Virus record (IMG/VR): IMGVR_UViG_3300033388_007730
Span: 1 to 64,000 of that record
Reading direction: 5' to 3' (one strand)
Length of the DNA: 64,000 bases
Made by a program: the position numbers and the translations under genes. Positions within the stretch are counted from its first letter, which is position 1. The number at the start of each line of letters is the position of its first letter. The notes below the pieces were generated by a model. The model did not search any database. It worked only from the letters and a program-made list of their open reading frames with translations, and was not told the DNA's origin. This document shows, in pieces, positions 41,600 to 50,602 of the stretch.

Positions 41600-44500
41600 A
41601 TGTCAGAAGAATATAAAACAGTTAAATTAAAATTAGATGGCAAGCAATCTTTGTCTGTACCTGTTGATATAAAGAAAAATGGTAGATATATAACTGAAGA
41701 TGTTGATATTATCGTTAGAGGATTTTTAAAATTTAATGACGAAGCAACAACAGATACAACTTTATATGAAAGTAACAGTTATCAGAGACAATCTGCTAAT
41801 AAATTGGATGACAAAACAGTTGTTCATCCGGTACTTTTCGTATCAAATAGAATAAGAGTTCTTAATGGTAGGGGCGTTTTTACTCTTCTTCCCAGATCAG
41901 AAGATGTTTTAGAGGATACAGAAACTGTTCAAGATAGAGCTGGTTCTGATATAACTGATGATCAGATAGTATCTTCTGGAGGTATATCTAAAGATGAGCA
42001 AATTACAGAACCAAATAGTGATCCAGCTACTATAATAATAGAGACAGGAGAAATTAGAACACCATATAAAATATCTATTGAAATTACTATTGTTCCTCTT
42101 GTTGCTGGGGGATTATATGCTCAGACAATTGATAGAGGAACTAATCCAACAGTAGATGATGACACTAGTGATTCTTCTTTATTCTCAAAATATAAAACGA
42201 GAACAAGTAGTAATTTAGTAGTTGAATGTTTTGGAGAGGACGACTGGGTTCCTGTTATCACACCTATACTCGGAACAAACAATAGCAGTTATGATACTTT
42301 CGTTAGTGAATTAGAAGACTTATCTAACAGTACTCCTATGGGTGCTTCTACATTATATGATGCAATTGTATCTGGTGCTGATATAGTATCTGATAACGAG
42401 ATAGACACTTCAAGAAAAATAATATATACATTTACAGATAATGAATCTAGTGCTTCTACAGCTTCAGCTGATAATGTTATTAATGAAGTAAATAATATTG
42501 ATGGTGTTAAAAATACTCCTTTGATGATTGCTAATATGGCTATTGTAGAACCAGTTACTTTATCTGTCAAAGCTAATACTACAGATACTAGAGATTTAAA
42601 TAAAATGTCATTTGAGACGGGAGGTCAAGCTGTGACAGTAGTATCTGAAGATTTTTTGGATGATATTGTTGGTATATTTTACAGTGAAGCTGTTGGAGCC
42701 ATGGGTTATGGAACATATGAATTTATTGCTGATTTAGGAGAGGAGTCAACAGTAAACAATATTACAGCTTATTTTGATATAACAGTTGATAATGCTAGTG
42801 CTACATGGGAAATTGAAACTAGTATTGATGGGTATAATTACACAGCATTAAATAAGGATTATGTTGCTGATGAGACAGTTGAATTTGCTGATCTTTTAGC
42901 TAGATATATAAAATTTAAAATTATTTTGATAACTGGATTTATTGACACCACTACTCCAAGCCCTTCTATATTTCCTGATTCGCCAGCATTAACTTCTATA
43001 TCTATAGTTTACAACCAGGCTAACATAGCTTATTTGTATTTGAATAAAGAAGAAGAAGATATTATTCCGTATCATATTACTTTAGCTGTTGACTCTAATG
43101 AAATTGCTAATAATGAAATTAGTGTTGGAGTTGCTAAGTCAGATTCTGGCACATGGGCTGATTATTCTACTCCATCTCAATCAATTGTTAACCAGAATGG
43201 CAAGATAGTTATTCCAATAAGATTTTCTCAAGACATTGGAGAATTTCAGCAAGAACCTCTTAATAAGGTTGACAGTTTTACATTGAAAATGGAATATGGT
43301 TCTTTTGATCCATTTGCTACAGTACTCTTATATGATAAAGATGATGAGATAATTACTAGTGATAAGTATAAACTTTATCCTAGAGATGGAGTTGTTGTTC
43401 TATCTTTTGCTGTTGATACTGACTATCAAGATGGTGATTTTAAAATAGGTCTTCTTAATGGAACTGATTACAAAGTTGGACTTAAATTAACCAACAAATC
43501 AGATTCGGAGCAATTATTATTATATGGAGTAGGATATTTATATACTACTGGAAGAGATTTGTTACCACCAGTTACTAAGATTCCTCCAGAAGCAAGTAAT
43601 GTGATTATAACTAATGAAAATCCTAATAGATTTACTATAATGGAAGTTTCTTATACTTATACAGATTCTAATTTTGATCCAGAAGATGAAAGTGCTACTA
43701 GAATAATTTGGTATATTAATGGTTCTTCTATTGATTATTTGGAAGGAGTGAGAAAGTGGAATGATACAACCGATCCATTAGATCCAGTCTATTCTCAAAC
43801 ATCTTTAGAGTATCCAGACAGCGATGATTTAACAGGAGATACAATAGATGTGTGGATTAAGAAACAGGAAGATTCTATATTGCAAGTGAATGATGCGATT
43901 TATTATGAAGTTCAGGTTAGTGACGGAGAATTGTTCGGGGTAAAAGAAAAATCTAGCACTGTTAAAGTAACAGAAGCAATACCTGTATTAAAGAGTCAAA
44001 TTTTTGTAAAGGCTAAAGATGAGAATGGCAATATTGGAGATAGACTTTCTGCTGATAAAATTGCTGTGATATATCCTCCATTAGATGAAATATTTGCTGG
44101 AGATGGAGAGGATGTAAGTGAAATACAATGGATAATAAATGATGTATCATTTAAATCAGGAATTGTAGGAGATGTATCTTCATCTGGAATTCCTATTGAA
44201 GAAATTAGAATTAATGAAATAGGAAATGAAGAGTATACTGATTATGGATTAAGAATTAATAATAGTGTGACGGTTCAAGTGACTCCTAGAACTAGTGGAG
44301 TAGTTGGAGAGATAATCACTAGTAGAACAGTGATAGTAGAAAATTCATTGCCGCGAGTGTATAATGTCGAGTTTGTTGGATCTAGTCATTCAGATAGAAA
44401 TGATTTAGTATTGAGTTGGGATTGGTGGAATTTTGAATCGATTGCCCTTGCTGACACTGACACTACCGGGCAAAAAGATGTTACGACAGTTTCGTGGTTC

Positions 44501-44758
44501 GTAAAAAATCCAGGGGATGATAATTTTACTGAGATTTATAGATTTAATGATCAAACAAATAATCTTGAAGAAACATTTATAGATCCTTTCTATAATGGAA
44601 AAATTACAATTAGTTTAATTAACCACAATTCAATAATATCTTCTAGTGTTTTGTTCGTAGGTCAGAAATGGCAGTGTGTTATCACACCAAATGACACAAT
44701 TGACAATGGGACCACATATACTACCGAAGAAATTACTATCACCGCTTCTGCTAATTAA
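41600..44758 (+). CDS. Large protein: C-terminal half of a vWA domain plus Ig-like repeats
   Basis: G.STLYDAI...RKIIYTFTD...DLNKMSFETGG. Start placed at ATG 41600 behind an AAGGTGA RBS. Confidence 0.75.
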   Translation: MSEEYKTVKLKLDGKQSLSVPVDIKKNGRYITEDVDIIVRGFLKFNDEATTDTTLYESNSYQRQSANKLDDKTVVHPVLFVSNRIRVLNGRGVFTLLPRSEDVLEDTETVQDRAGSDITDDQIVSSGGISKDEQITEPNSDPATIIIETGEIRTPYKISIEITIVPLVAGGLYAQTIDRGTNPTVDDDTSDSSLFSKYKTRTSSNLVVECFGEDDWVPVITPILGTNNSSYDTFVSELEDLSNSTPMGASTLYDAIVSGADIVSDNEIDTSRKIIYTFTDNESSASTASADNVINEVNNIDGVKNTPLMIANMAIVEPVTLSVKANTTDTRDLNKMSFETGGQAVTVVSEDFLDDIVGIFYSEAVGAMGYGTYEFIADLGEESTVNNITAYFDITVDNASATWEIETSIDGYNYTALNKDYVADETVEFADLLARYIKFKIILITGFIDTTTPSPSIFPDSPALTSISIVYNQANIAYLYLNKEEEDIIPYHITLAVDSNEIANNEISVGVAKSDSGTWADYSTPSQSIVNQNGKIVIPIRFSQDIGEFQQEPLNKVDSFTLKMEYGSFDPFATVLLYDKDDEIITSDKYKLYPRDGVVVLSFAVDTDYQDGDFKIGLLNGTDYKVGLKLTNKSDSEQLLLYGVGYLYTTGRDLLPPVTKIPPEASNVIITNENPNRFTIMEVSYTYTDSNFDPEDESATRIIWYINGSSIDYLEGVRKWNDTTDPLDPVYSQTSLEYPDSDDLTGDTIDVWIKKQEDSILQVNDAIYYEVQVSDGELFGVKEKSSTVKVTEAIPVLKSQIFVKAKDENGNIGDRLSADKIAVIYPPLDEIFAGDGEDVSEIQWIINDVSFKSGIVGDVSSSGIPIEEIRINEIGNEEYTDYGLRINNSVTVQVTPRTSGVVGEIITSRTVIVENSLPRVYNVEFVGSSHSDRNDLVLSWDWWNFESIALADTDTTGQKDVTTVSWFVKNPGDDNFTEIYRFNDQTNNLEETFIDPFYNGKITISLINHNSIISSSVLFVGQKWQCVITPNDTIDNGTTYTTEEITITASAN

Positions 44759-44771
44759 AATCATTTTTCTT

Positions 44772-44799
44772 TTGAAAGTGATTAATAATATGGTAAAAT
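44772..44799 (+). promoter_or_regulatory. Sigma70-like promoter (TTGAAA-16-TAAAAT, extended -10); probably a leaderless transcript
   Basis: The -10 box ends 6 nt before ATG 44806; no SD sequence. Confidence 0.5.
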
Positions 44800-44805
44800 G
44801 AAATT

Positions 44806-45516
44806 ATGAAAAATCTAAATGTTGTAATCTTAACACACAATGAAATTGATACTATAAAAAAATGTCTAAAAGCATTATGCACTTACACAAAAAATTTTAA
44901 TTTAGTTGTGATAGAAAATACTTCTACTGATGGAACTGAGCAATTTTTGTCAAGAGTTGAAAATGAATATGTGAATATTACAGTAGAATTTAATAAAGAG
45001 AATAATGGAGTTATTGAGGGAAGGAATCAGGGTTATTCTATTGCCCAAAAAAAATATCCAGATGCTGAATATGTTATGTTTATAGATTGCGACCAGGAAG
45101 TTTTACCAGGATGGCAAGAGAGTTATATGAATCTATTTGATCAAAAATATGATTTGATCGGTTGTGAAGCCTGGAAAATGAGAAAAAAAGATTTTTATCC
45201 TGAAAGAAAAGTGTCATGCTCAATAGACTCATTTAGTTATATCGGGGCGGGAGGGATGATGGTTAAAAATAGTGTTATAGAAGATATAGGATTGTTTGAT
45301 GAGAGATATGAGAAGTATTATTGGGAAGATCCTAGTTTTTGCTTCAGAGCACATCAAGCAGGATATAAGATAGGTTGGAATTATAAAAGTTCAATAATTC
45401 ATCAAAAGCATAATTTATCTTTAAGTGGAGATAGAAAAAAATATTTTATGAAGAACTGGAAGAAATTTCAGGAGAAGTGGAAAGGATACGAGATCCCAGT
45501 TCTTAAGATGGATTAA
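44806..45516 (+). CDS. Glycosyltransferase family 2
   Basis: VVILTHN...VIENTSTDGT...GRNQG...FIDCD (DxD)...IGLFDERY..YWED. Confidence 0.9.
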   Translation: MKNLNVVILTHNEIDTIKKCLKALCTYTKNFNLVVIENTSTDGTEQFLSRVENEYVNITVEFNKENNGVIEGRNQGYSIAQKKYPDAEYVMFIDCDQEVLPGWQESYMNLFDQKYDLIGCEAWKMRKKDFYPERKVSCSIDSFSYIGAGGMMVKNSVIEDIGLFDERYEKYYWEDPSFCFRAHQAGYKIGWNYKSSIIHQKHNLSLSGDRKKYFMKNWKKFQEKWKGYEIPVLKMD

Positions 45517-46109
45517 TAATCTTTAGCATCTAATTTTCCGTATTCTTCTTCGAACTCTTTATGAAACTTATCAGACGCTCTTCTCTCCAATCTAATATCT
45601 AGACAAATATTCCCAAGAAGAGCATCTAAATCTATAAAATCATAATCAGGATCTGGTTTTTCAGAATCTCTAGATACAAACTGTATCTCTACCTTTCCCT
45701 TCTTAGATTTATTCCAATTATCAAAATAAGTAAAACCTTGCTCATATAAAATGTTATATAACAATTTACTAATATCACATAAACTAAGTTCTGCTATACC
45801 ATGACTCCCCCAATCAATCTCTTTTTCCAGGCAAGCGTCAAGATATTTAATTACATCTTCTAAATTATCAGGACAAGGATAAGGAGATTGAGAAACAGCA
45901 GCTTTTGCTAACCCTTTCGTTATCTCTGTTTTAAATGTCCATTTCTTATCTAACCACTCAGAATCACCATCATGTCTTCTCTCATGAGGCTTAGGTGTAT
46001 TCTGAATTGCTTTACTCAACTCATTCATACATGCCTCATTAAGAAATCCCTCTTCTGTCATAAGAGGTTGTGATAGCATTTCTATATTTTTAAATGGATC
46101 TTTTTTCAT
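45513..46109 (-). CDS. Hypothetical protein (198 aa)
   Basis: GAGGA RBS; normal coding composition. Confidence 0.75.
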   Translation of the reverse strand: MKKDPFKNIEMLSQPLMTEEGFLNEACMNELSKAIQNTPKPHERRHDGDSEWLDKKWTFKTEITKGLAKAAVSQSPYPCPDNLEDVIKYLDACLEKEIDWGSHGIAELSLCDISKLLYNILYEQGFTYFDNWNKSKKGKVEIQFVSRDSEKPDPDYDFIDLDALLGNICLDIRLERRASDKFHKEFEEEYGKLDAKDY

Positions 46110-46174
46110 AACTATTCCTCTCTAATTAAATAGAATCAATTTCATCACGATATTTTTTAAGTTTTTCAGAAACA

Positions 46175-46510
46175 TTATAAGGAGAGATATTCTTTTTTTT
46201 TACTAATTTCTATATCTACCGCTGCAAAAATATATTTTCTAATATCTATAAGTCCTCCATTAATTATATCTATCCACTTTTTATTATACATTATTTCATC
46301 ACCACTTAAAATAGCATAATATCGTATAGGAATATTTACTAATACTTTTATAATACAATTTTTTATATTGCGAATAATTGCCCCTCCATGTTCTTCAGGA
46401 GTAGGCATAATAAAATATCTCGTTATAATATCTTCTCCTTCTTCTATATTGATTTCTGTATTAGCATGATATGGTTTGGGTTCAACTAAAATATTAATTT
46501 CTTTTTGCAT
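46175..46510 (-). CDS. Hypothetical protein (111 aa)
   Basis: Lies in the minus-strand operon. Confidence 0.65.
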   Translation of the reverse strand: MQKEINILVEPKPYHANTEINIEEGEDIITRYFIMPTPEEHGGAIIRNIKNCIIKVLVNIPIRYYAILSGDEIMYNKKWIDIINGGLIDIRKYIFAAVDIEISKKKEYLSL

Positions 46511-46515
46511 AATTT

Positions 46516-46671
46516 TTATTCCCTTTCCTCTCTAATCCTTTTTAACATTAACTCTCTCAACATTACACTGATTGTTTTTTGTTCTTCTTCACAAATTTTT
46601 ACAAATTCTTTGTAAAAAGATGGTTTCACAATAAATTGTATTATTCTATCATTTTTTTCTTTTTTAGTCAT
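46516..46671 (-). CDS. Ribbon-helix-helix (CopG/Arc-like) DNA-binding protein, 51 aa, absent from the ORF track
   Basis: Translated by hand: MTKKEKNDRIIQFIVKPSFYKEFVKICEEEQKTISVMLRELMLKRIREERE. Beta strand (IQFIV), helix A, then T-I-S...LRELM helix B; AGAGGA RBS. Confidence 0.75.
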   Translation of the reverse strand: MTKKEKNDRIIQFIVKPSFYKEFVKICEEEQKTISVMLRELMLKRIREERE

Positions 46672-46700
46672 ATTATTCCTCTGGGGTGAAGAAATAAATG

Positions 46701-46945
46701 TTAAAAATTCTCCTTATTAACTGTATCAATAATAAATTCTAAAATCTCATCTCTTCCTTCTAATATTGTTTCAACAACTTTTGTCCATTATCATTTTCGT
46801 GAACAACTCCTATGATATGTCCATAACCTCCATAGTGTCCTTTATCTGCGTGTTCTTGCATTTTCTCCGGACTTTCTATATCATTTGTTCCTAATCCGCT
46901 TGGATCGTACTAGCATCTTATAATTTGTCATTTTGATGTATCCAT
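46701..46945 (-). pseudogene. Disrupted small gene (two in-frame stops and a frameshift)
   Basis: MDTSK*QIIRC*YDPSGLGTNDIESPEKMQEHADKGHYGGYGHIIGVVHEND, then a shift to WTKVVETILEGRDEILEFIIDTVNKENF*. ATG overlaps the upstream stop (TAATG). Confidence 0.55.
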
Positions 46946-47239
46946 TAGTCTATCTCCATCAATTCAAATCTTGTAATTATTATTTCAGGTTCATTACTCA
47001 ATATTCTATTTATATTTACAATTTCTATTTCTTTTATAATATCTTCTGTTTTTTCATGAATTTTTATAATTTTTTTTACATTTTTTTTAGATTCTTTTAG
47101 TGTCATTTTTTTTTATTGTTGAATTATTCCTATCTCTAACAGACCATGTATCGTCTTTTGACATTTTAATGAAGTAGTCCCATCCATCTATAATTGTGTA
47201 ATTAAATTGATATCTTATTATATATTTTTTTTCGCTCAT
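46945..47239 (-). pseudogene. Small gene frameshifted at an A9 tract; C-terminus carries the RFELMEID tag
   Basis: MSEKKYIIRY...NNSTIKK, then a shift at 47106-47114 to MTLKESKK...EPEIIITRFELMEID*. Removing one A restores one ORF. Confidence 0.6.
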
Positions 47240-47565
47240 AATTCCATCAACTCAAATATAGATATAGGTTCTCTGTTTAGAAATTCTTTTTCTTCTCGCT
47301 CTTTTAGCTTTAACTTTGTTATATTTATTTGGCTACCATCTTTATTAAACTTATACCAACTTTCTTCACCATATAGATTTTTGTAATGTGCTTCTGTCCA
47401 TTTGTTTTCTTCATTGTATCCATATCAGGCTTCACGACCGATAGAATTTCTAACATGAATTAGATGACTATTCTTATTATACTTCCACCAGTATATTAGA
47501 TCATTAGGCTCTTCACGATAAATAAGATTCCCTTTTTCATCATGTTTTTCTATCTCTTCATTCAT
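47236..47565 (-). pseudogene. YD-like repeat protein with an in-frame TGA; C-terminal tag SIFELMEL
   Basis: MNEEIEKHDEKGNLIYRE...GREA*YGYNEEN...FLNREPISIFELMEL*. The TGA at 47425-47427 sits where paralog 49009 has W (EAWYKY). Confidence 0.75.
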
Positions 47566-47831
47566 ATGTCCATCAATCTAAATCTAGAAATTGGGTTCCT
47601 GCTTAAAAATTCTTTTTCTTGTTTTTTAAACTCTATTTCTTTTAATTTTTGTTCTGTTATTTCTATTGCCCAATTATCCTCACCATATTCCCACCATTGT
47701 TCTTCTCCTACAGAATTTTTCCAATGAATTATCCTATTGTTTTCGTCATATTCAGACCAATATTCATAGCCATTAGTTTTGAGATAAACACAATTGCCTT
47801 TATTATCATATTCTTCTATTGGTTCACTCAT
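47562..47831 (-). CDS. YD-like repeat protein with C-terminal tag SRFRLMDI
   Basis: EYDNKGN.VY...G.EYW.EYDENN repeats. Start placed at ATG 47831 because the GTG at 47849 lies inside the promoter. Confidence 0.8.
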   Translation of the reverse strand: MSEPIEEYDNKGNCVYLKTNGYEYWSEYDENNRIIHWKNSVGEEQWWEYGEDNWAIEITEQKLKEIEFKKQEKEFLSRNPISRFRLMDI

Positions 47832-47839
47832 AGTCTGCC

Positions 47840-47868
47840 ATTCTACCACAAAAATTGCTAAATGTCAA
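47840..47868 (-). promoter_or_regulatory. Near-consensus sigma70 promoter TTGACA-17-TAGAAT with extended -10
   Basis: -35 at 47863-47868, -10 at 47840-47845, 8 nt upstream of ATG 47831. Confidence 0.8.
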
Positions 47869-47877
47869 GAATAAATG

Positions 47878-47906
47878 TTGAAAAGTGATTATATTTGTTG
47901 TATTAT
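47878..47906 (+). promoter_or_regulatory. Sigma70-like promoter TTGAAA-17-TATTAT, divergent partner of the above
   Basis: Back-to-back with the minus-strand promoter; upstream of the AAGGGG RBS of 47933. Confidence 0.65.
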
Positions 47907-47932
47907 AGAAGATATTTCACAAAGGGGTTATT

Positions 47933-49012
47933 ATGAAACTGGGAATATTGTGTAATTTTGGTCCACCTTCAGTTGGAGGGTCGGAGTCCGTAATCAAAAA
48001 TATCTCTACACAGTTAATTAAGGGGTATAAGTACGAAATAAGTGTCTTTTCTTTCAATTATGATAGAATAAGTGTCTTTGAGGGTATGAACCTAATCCCT
48101 TGTCCAAAAGGGGAGAAATTGGTTCAAGAATTGAATAATTTTGACCATTTGATGGTCTACAGTGATGGTTTTTGGGAATGGGAGACAATTCTCAAGAATA
48201 TTGACAAAATCAAGCCAAATGTGACAATATCGATGGTTGGGATGTATCATATGATAGCAAATAACGAGCTATATGGCTTATTTAAAAAGAATATTGATAG
48301 GTATAGTATTATCACCCATTTTGAGGGGAATGATTATAATAAGTGCCTCTTTGACGGTCTAACGGTCAATGTGATACCTAATGGAGTTGATTTAGATGAG
48401 TTCAGAAATAATATTATAAATTTCCGCGAAAAATACAATATTAAAGAGAAATATGTCATTTTGAATTGTGCAAATTTTTTCTTCGGGAAAGGGCAAAATG
48501 CCCTTGGATTGATAAATAAAGAATTAAAAAAATATTTAAAAGATTTTATAATTGTTCAAATATCAAGTTCTATAAAGTATCCTTATGAACAAAGATTTTT
48601 AGAAAGAGCAAAGAGAAATTTTGATGGTGATAAGTGTTTGTTTTTAAGGAATATTCCCAGAGAAGATGTAGTAAGTGCATTCAAAGGCTCAGATATTTTT
48701 TTAAATGTTTCTGGGAAAGAAGTCAATCCTATTGTTATTCTTGAAAGTTTAGCTTCTGATTTGCCTTTTGTATCTTTATCAGTAGGAGATGTAAATAATT
48801 ATCCAGGAATAATAGTTAATACTGCCATAGAAGACAAAAAAGGATATAAGATAATAGATGAAAGAACTGTAAAAGTGTATGTAGATAGTATTATAAAACT
48901 TTTAACTAATAATGGGTTAAGAGAGGAGTTGATTATAAGGGGTCAAAATGTGATTGAGAAGTTAGATTGGAAGAATATTGTTCCAGAATATGATAAGGTG
49001 TTTAGAGGATGA
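47933..49012 (+). CDS. Glycosyltransferase family 4 (GT-B)
   Basis: PSVGGSE, VIPNGVD, GKGQ, EVNPIVILESLASDLPFV. Confidence 0.9.
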   Translation: MKLGILCNFGPPSVGGSESVIKNISTQLIKGYKYEISVFSFNYDRISVFEGMNLIPCPKGEKLVQELNNFDHLMVYSDGFWEWETILKNIDKIKPNVTISMVGMYHMIANNELYGLFKKNIDRYSIITHFEGNDYNKCLFDGLTVNVIPNGVDLDEFRNNIINFREKYNIKEKYVILNCANFFFGKGQNALGLINKELKKYLKDFIIVQISSSIKYPYEQRFLERAKRNFDGDKCLFLRNIPREDVVSAFKGSDIFLNVSGKEVNPIVILESLASDLPFVSLSVGDVNNYPGIIVNTAIEDKKGYKIIDERTVKVYVDSIIKLLTNNGLREELIIRGQNVIEKLDWKNIVPEYDKVFRG

Positions 49013-49239
49013 GCGTAATGAGAAGAGAATATGATGACAGAGGTAATACTATTTATAGAAGATTTATTAATGGTTTTGAAGCTTGGTATAAATATGATGA
49101 AAATAATCATTTAATATCTTCCATAAGTTCTCATAATAATATATATTGGTTTAGTCGAAAAATTGCAAAGGAAGAATTTGAGCAAATTAAATTCAATAAT
49201 AGAGAACCAATTTCTAGATTTGAGTTAATGGAATTATGA
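49009..49239 (+). CDS. YD-like repeat protein with C-terminal tag SRFELMEL
   Basis: EYDDRGNTIY...GFEAWYKYDENN; ATGA overlaps at both ends. Confidence 0.8.
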   Translation: MSVMRREYDDRGNTIYRRFINGFEAWYKYDENNHLISSISSHNNIYWFSRKIAKEEFEQIKFNNREPISRFELMEL

Positions 49240-49814
49240 AAAAATCATTAAAAAAAGAAATAAGATGGTTGATGTTTAAAATTGATCCTTTTAGGATTAA
49301 TTATTCAATAAAAAGATTTTCAAATAAAATGCATATGTACTATATTCTAAAAGATCACAAAGTTTCTGAAGATTTTATCAGAGAGTTTATGAGCAGAATA
49401 GGAGGACCAGAATGGAATATGCTATCTTCTAGTCAAGATTTGTCTGAAGATTTTATTAGAGAATTTCAGAGTAAGTTAGATTGGATGTAGATTTCTCTTT
49501 GTCAAAATTTATCAGAATCTTTTATTGTTGAATTTAAAGAAAAAATTCTTTGGAATTATGCTTCAGAAGGACAGGAACTCACTGAAGATTTTTTATTAGA
49601 GTATAGGGACAATCTTAATTACTATTGTCTGGTTAAGAATAAGAAGATCAAAGTCTCAAAAGAATTCAGGGAAATCATTAACAGAGTTAAATATGAAGAA
49701 TGGACAGATGTAGGGACAAATAATTGTGAGGTTATAAGGGAAAGATTAGGAGAGTATGAGCAAAAGAAGAGAGAAATGAATAAATATACTAGATTTGAGG
49801 TAATGGATTTATGA
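49236..49814 (+). pseudogene. Tryptophan-repeat (W..IS..Q.LSE.FI.EF) family protein with an in-frame TAG; C-terminal tag TRFEVMDL
   Basis: The frame continues past TAG 49488-49490 with more repeats (ISLCQNLSESFIVEF, WNYASEGQELTEDFLLEY) to TGA 49812-49814, which overlaps the next ATG. Confidence 0.8.
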
Positions 49815-50545
49815 GCACACCAATAGTAAGTGTTATTATGACTGTTTATAATTGTGAAAGATATATAGAAAAATCTTTACAATCAATTTCTGATCAAACT
49901 TTCAAAGATTTTGAAATTGTTATTTATGATGATTGCTCTACAGATAATACTGTTGAAATTATTACTGATTTTTTACGATATTATAAAGGTGATTATTATT
50001 TTATTTTTGGCGAAAAAAATGTTGGATGTGGAGAAAGTAGAAGCAAAGCGATAAGAAGGTCACATGGTAAATACCTGGCTATTCAAGATGCTGATGATAT
50101 CAGTCTTTCAAATAGATTAGAAAAAGAAGTCAACTTTTTAGAAGATAATAACGATATATTCTGTGTAGGAAGCTTTGTTATTAAGATTGATGAAGATGGA
50201 GAAGATGGTGAGAAAATAGAGTATCCACCTGAGAATAATGATGAAGTAATTAAAGCTATAACAGAAAAGTGTATGAATCCTATTTTAGATCCAAGCACAA
50301 TGTTCAGAAGAAAGGATTTTGATGAGATAGGAGGATATACTTCAGATAAGAGCATATGGACAGTTCCAGACTTTGATTTATGGCTTAGAGCACTATCAAC
50401 AGGAAAAAAGTTTTCTAATATCCAGGAATCATTAGTCAGATATAGAGTCAATGAAGAAGGAGTAACGAGGAAACATAAAGAAGAGATGATAAGACACCAT
50501 ATGATAGTATGGAATAGCTTTATGAAGGATAGGGGACTGAAATAG
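49811..50545 (+). CDS. Glycosyltransferase family 2
   Basis: VSVIMTVYN...YDDCSTD...GKYLAIQDADD...DFDLWLR. Confidence 0.92.
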   Translation: MSTPIVSVIMTVYNCERYIEKSLQSISDQTFKDFEIVIYDDCSTDNTVEIITDFLRYYKGDYYFIFGEKNVGCGESRSKAIRRSHGKYLAIQDADDISLSNRLEKEVNFLEDNNDIFCVGSFVIKIDEDGEDGEKIEYPPENNDEVIKAITEKCMNPILDPSTMFRRKDFDEIGGYTSDKSIWTVPDFDLWLRALSTGKKFSNIQESLVRYRVNEEGVTRKHKEEMIRHHMIVWNSFMKDRGLK

Positions 50546-50572
50546 AGGTTTTATTTTTTTTAATAAGAATAT
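50546..50572 (+). promoter_or_regulatory. Putative phage-type promoter AGG-N16-AAGAATAT
   Basis: Intergenic; same spacing as 6629 and 12876. Confidence 0.35.
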
Positions 50573-50602
50573 ATATAACAATGCTATATTAGGAGTGCAA
50601 CT

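Noticed and set aside
9230-44758. Recurring (D/N)PS tripeptide as a modification sequon
   Set aside because: About a dozen occurrences is roughly what the D/N/S-rich composition predicts over this many residues.
48038-48080. Direct repeat ATAAGTGTCTTT in the GT4 gene
   Set aside because: Two short in-frame copies (ISVF), consistent with a trivial local duplication.
47236-49814. Diversity-generating retroelement acting on the repeat genes
   Set aside because: No reverse transcriptase and no template/variable repeat pair differing only at adenines were seen in this window.
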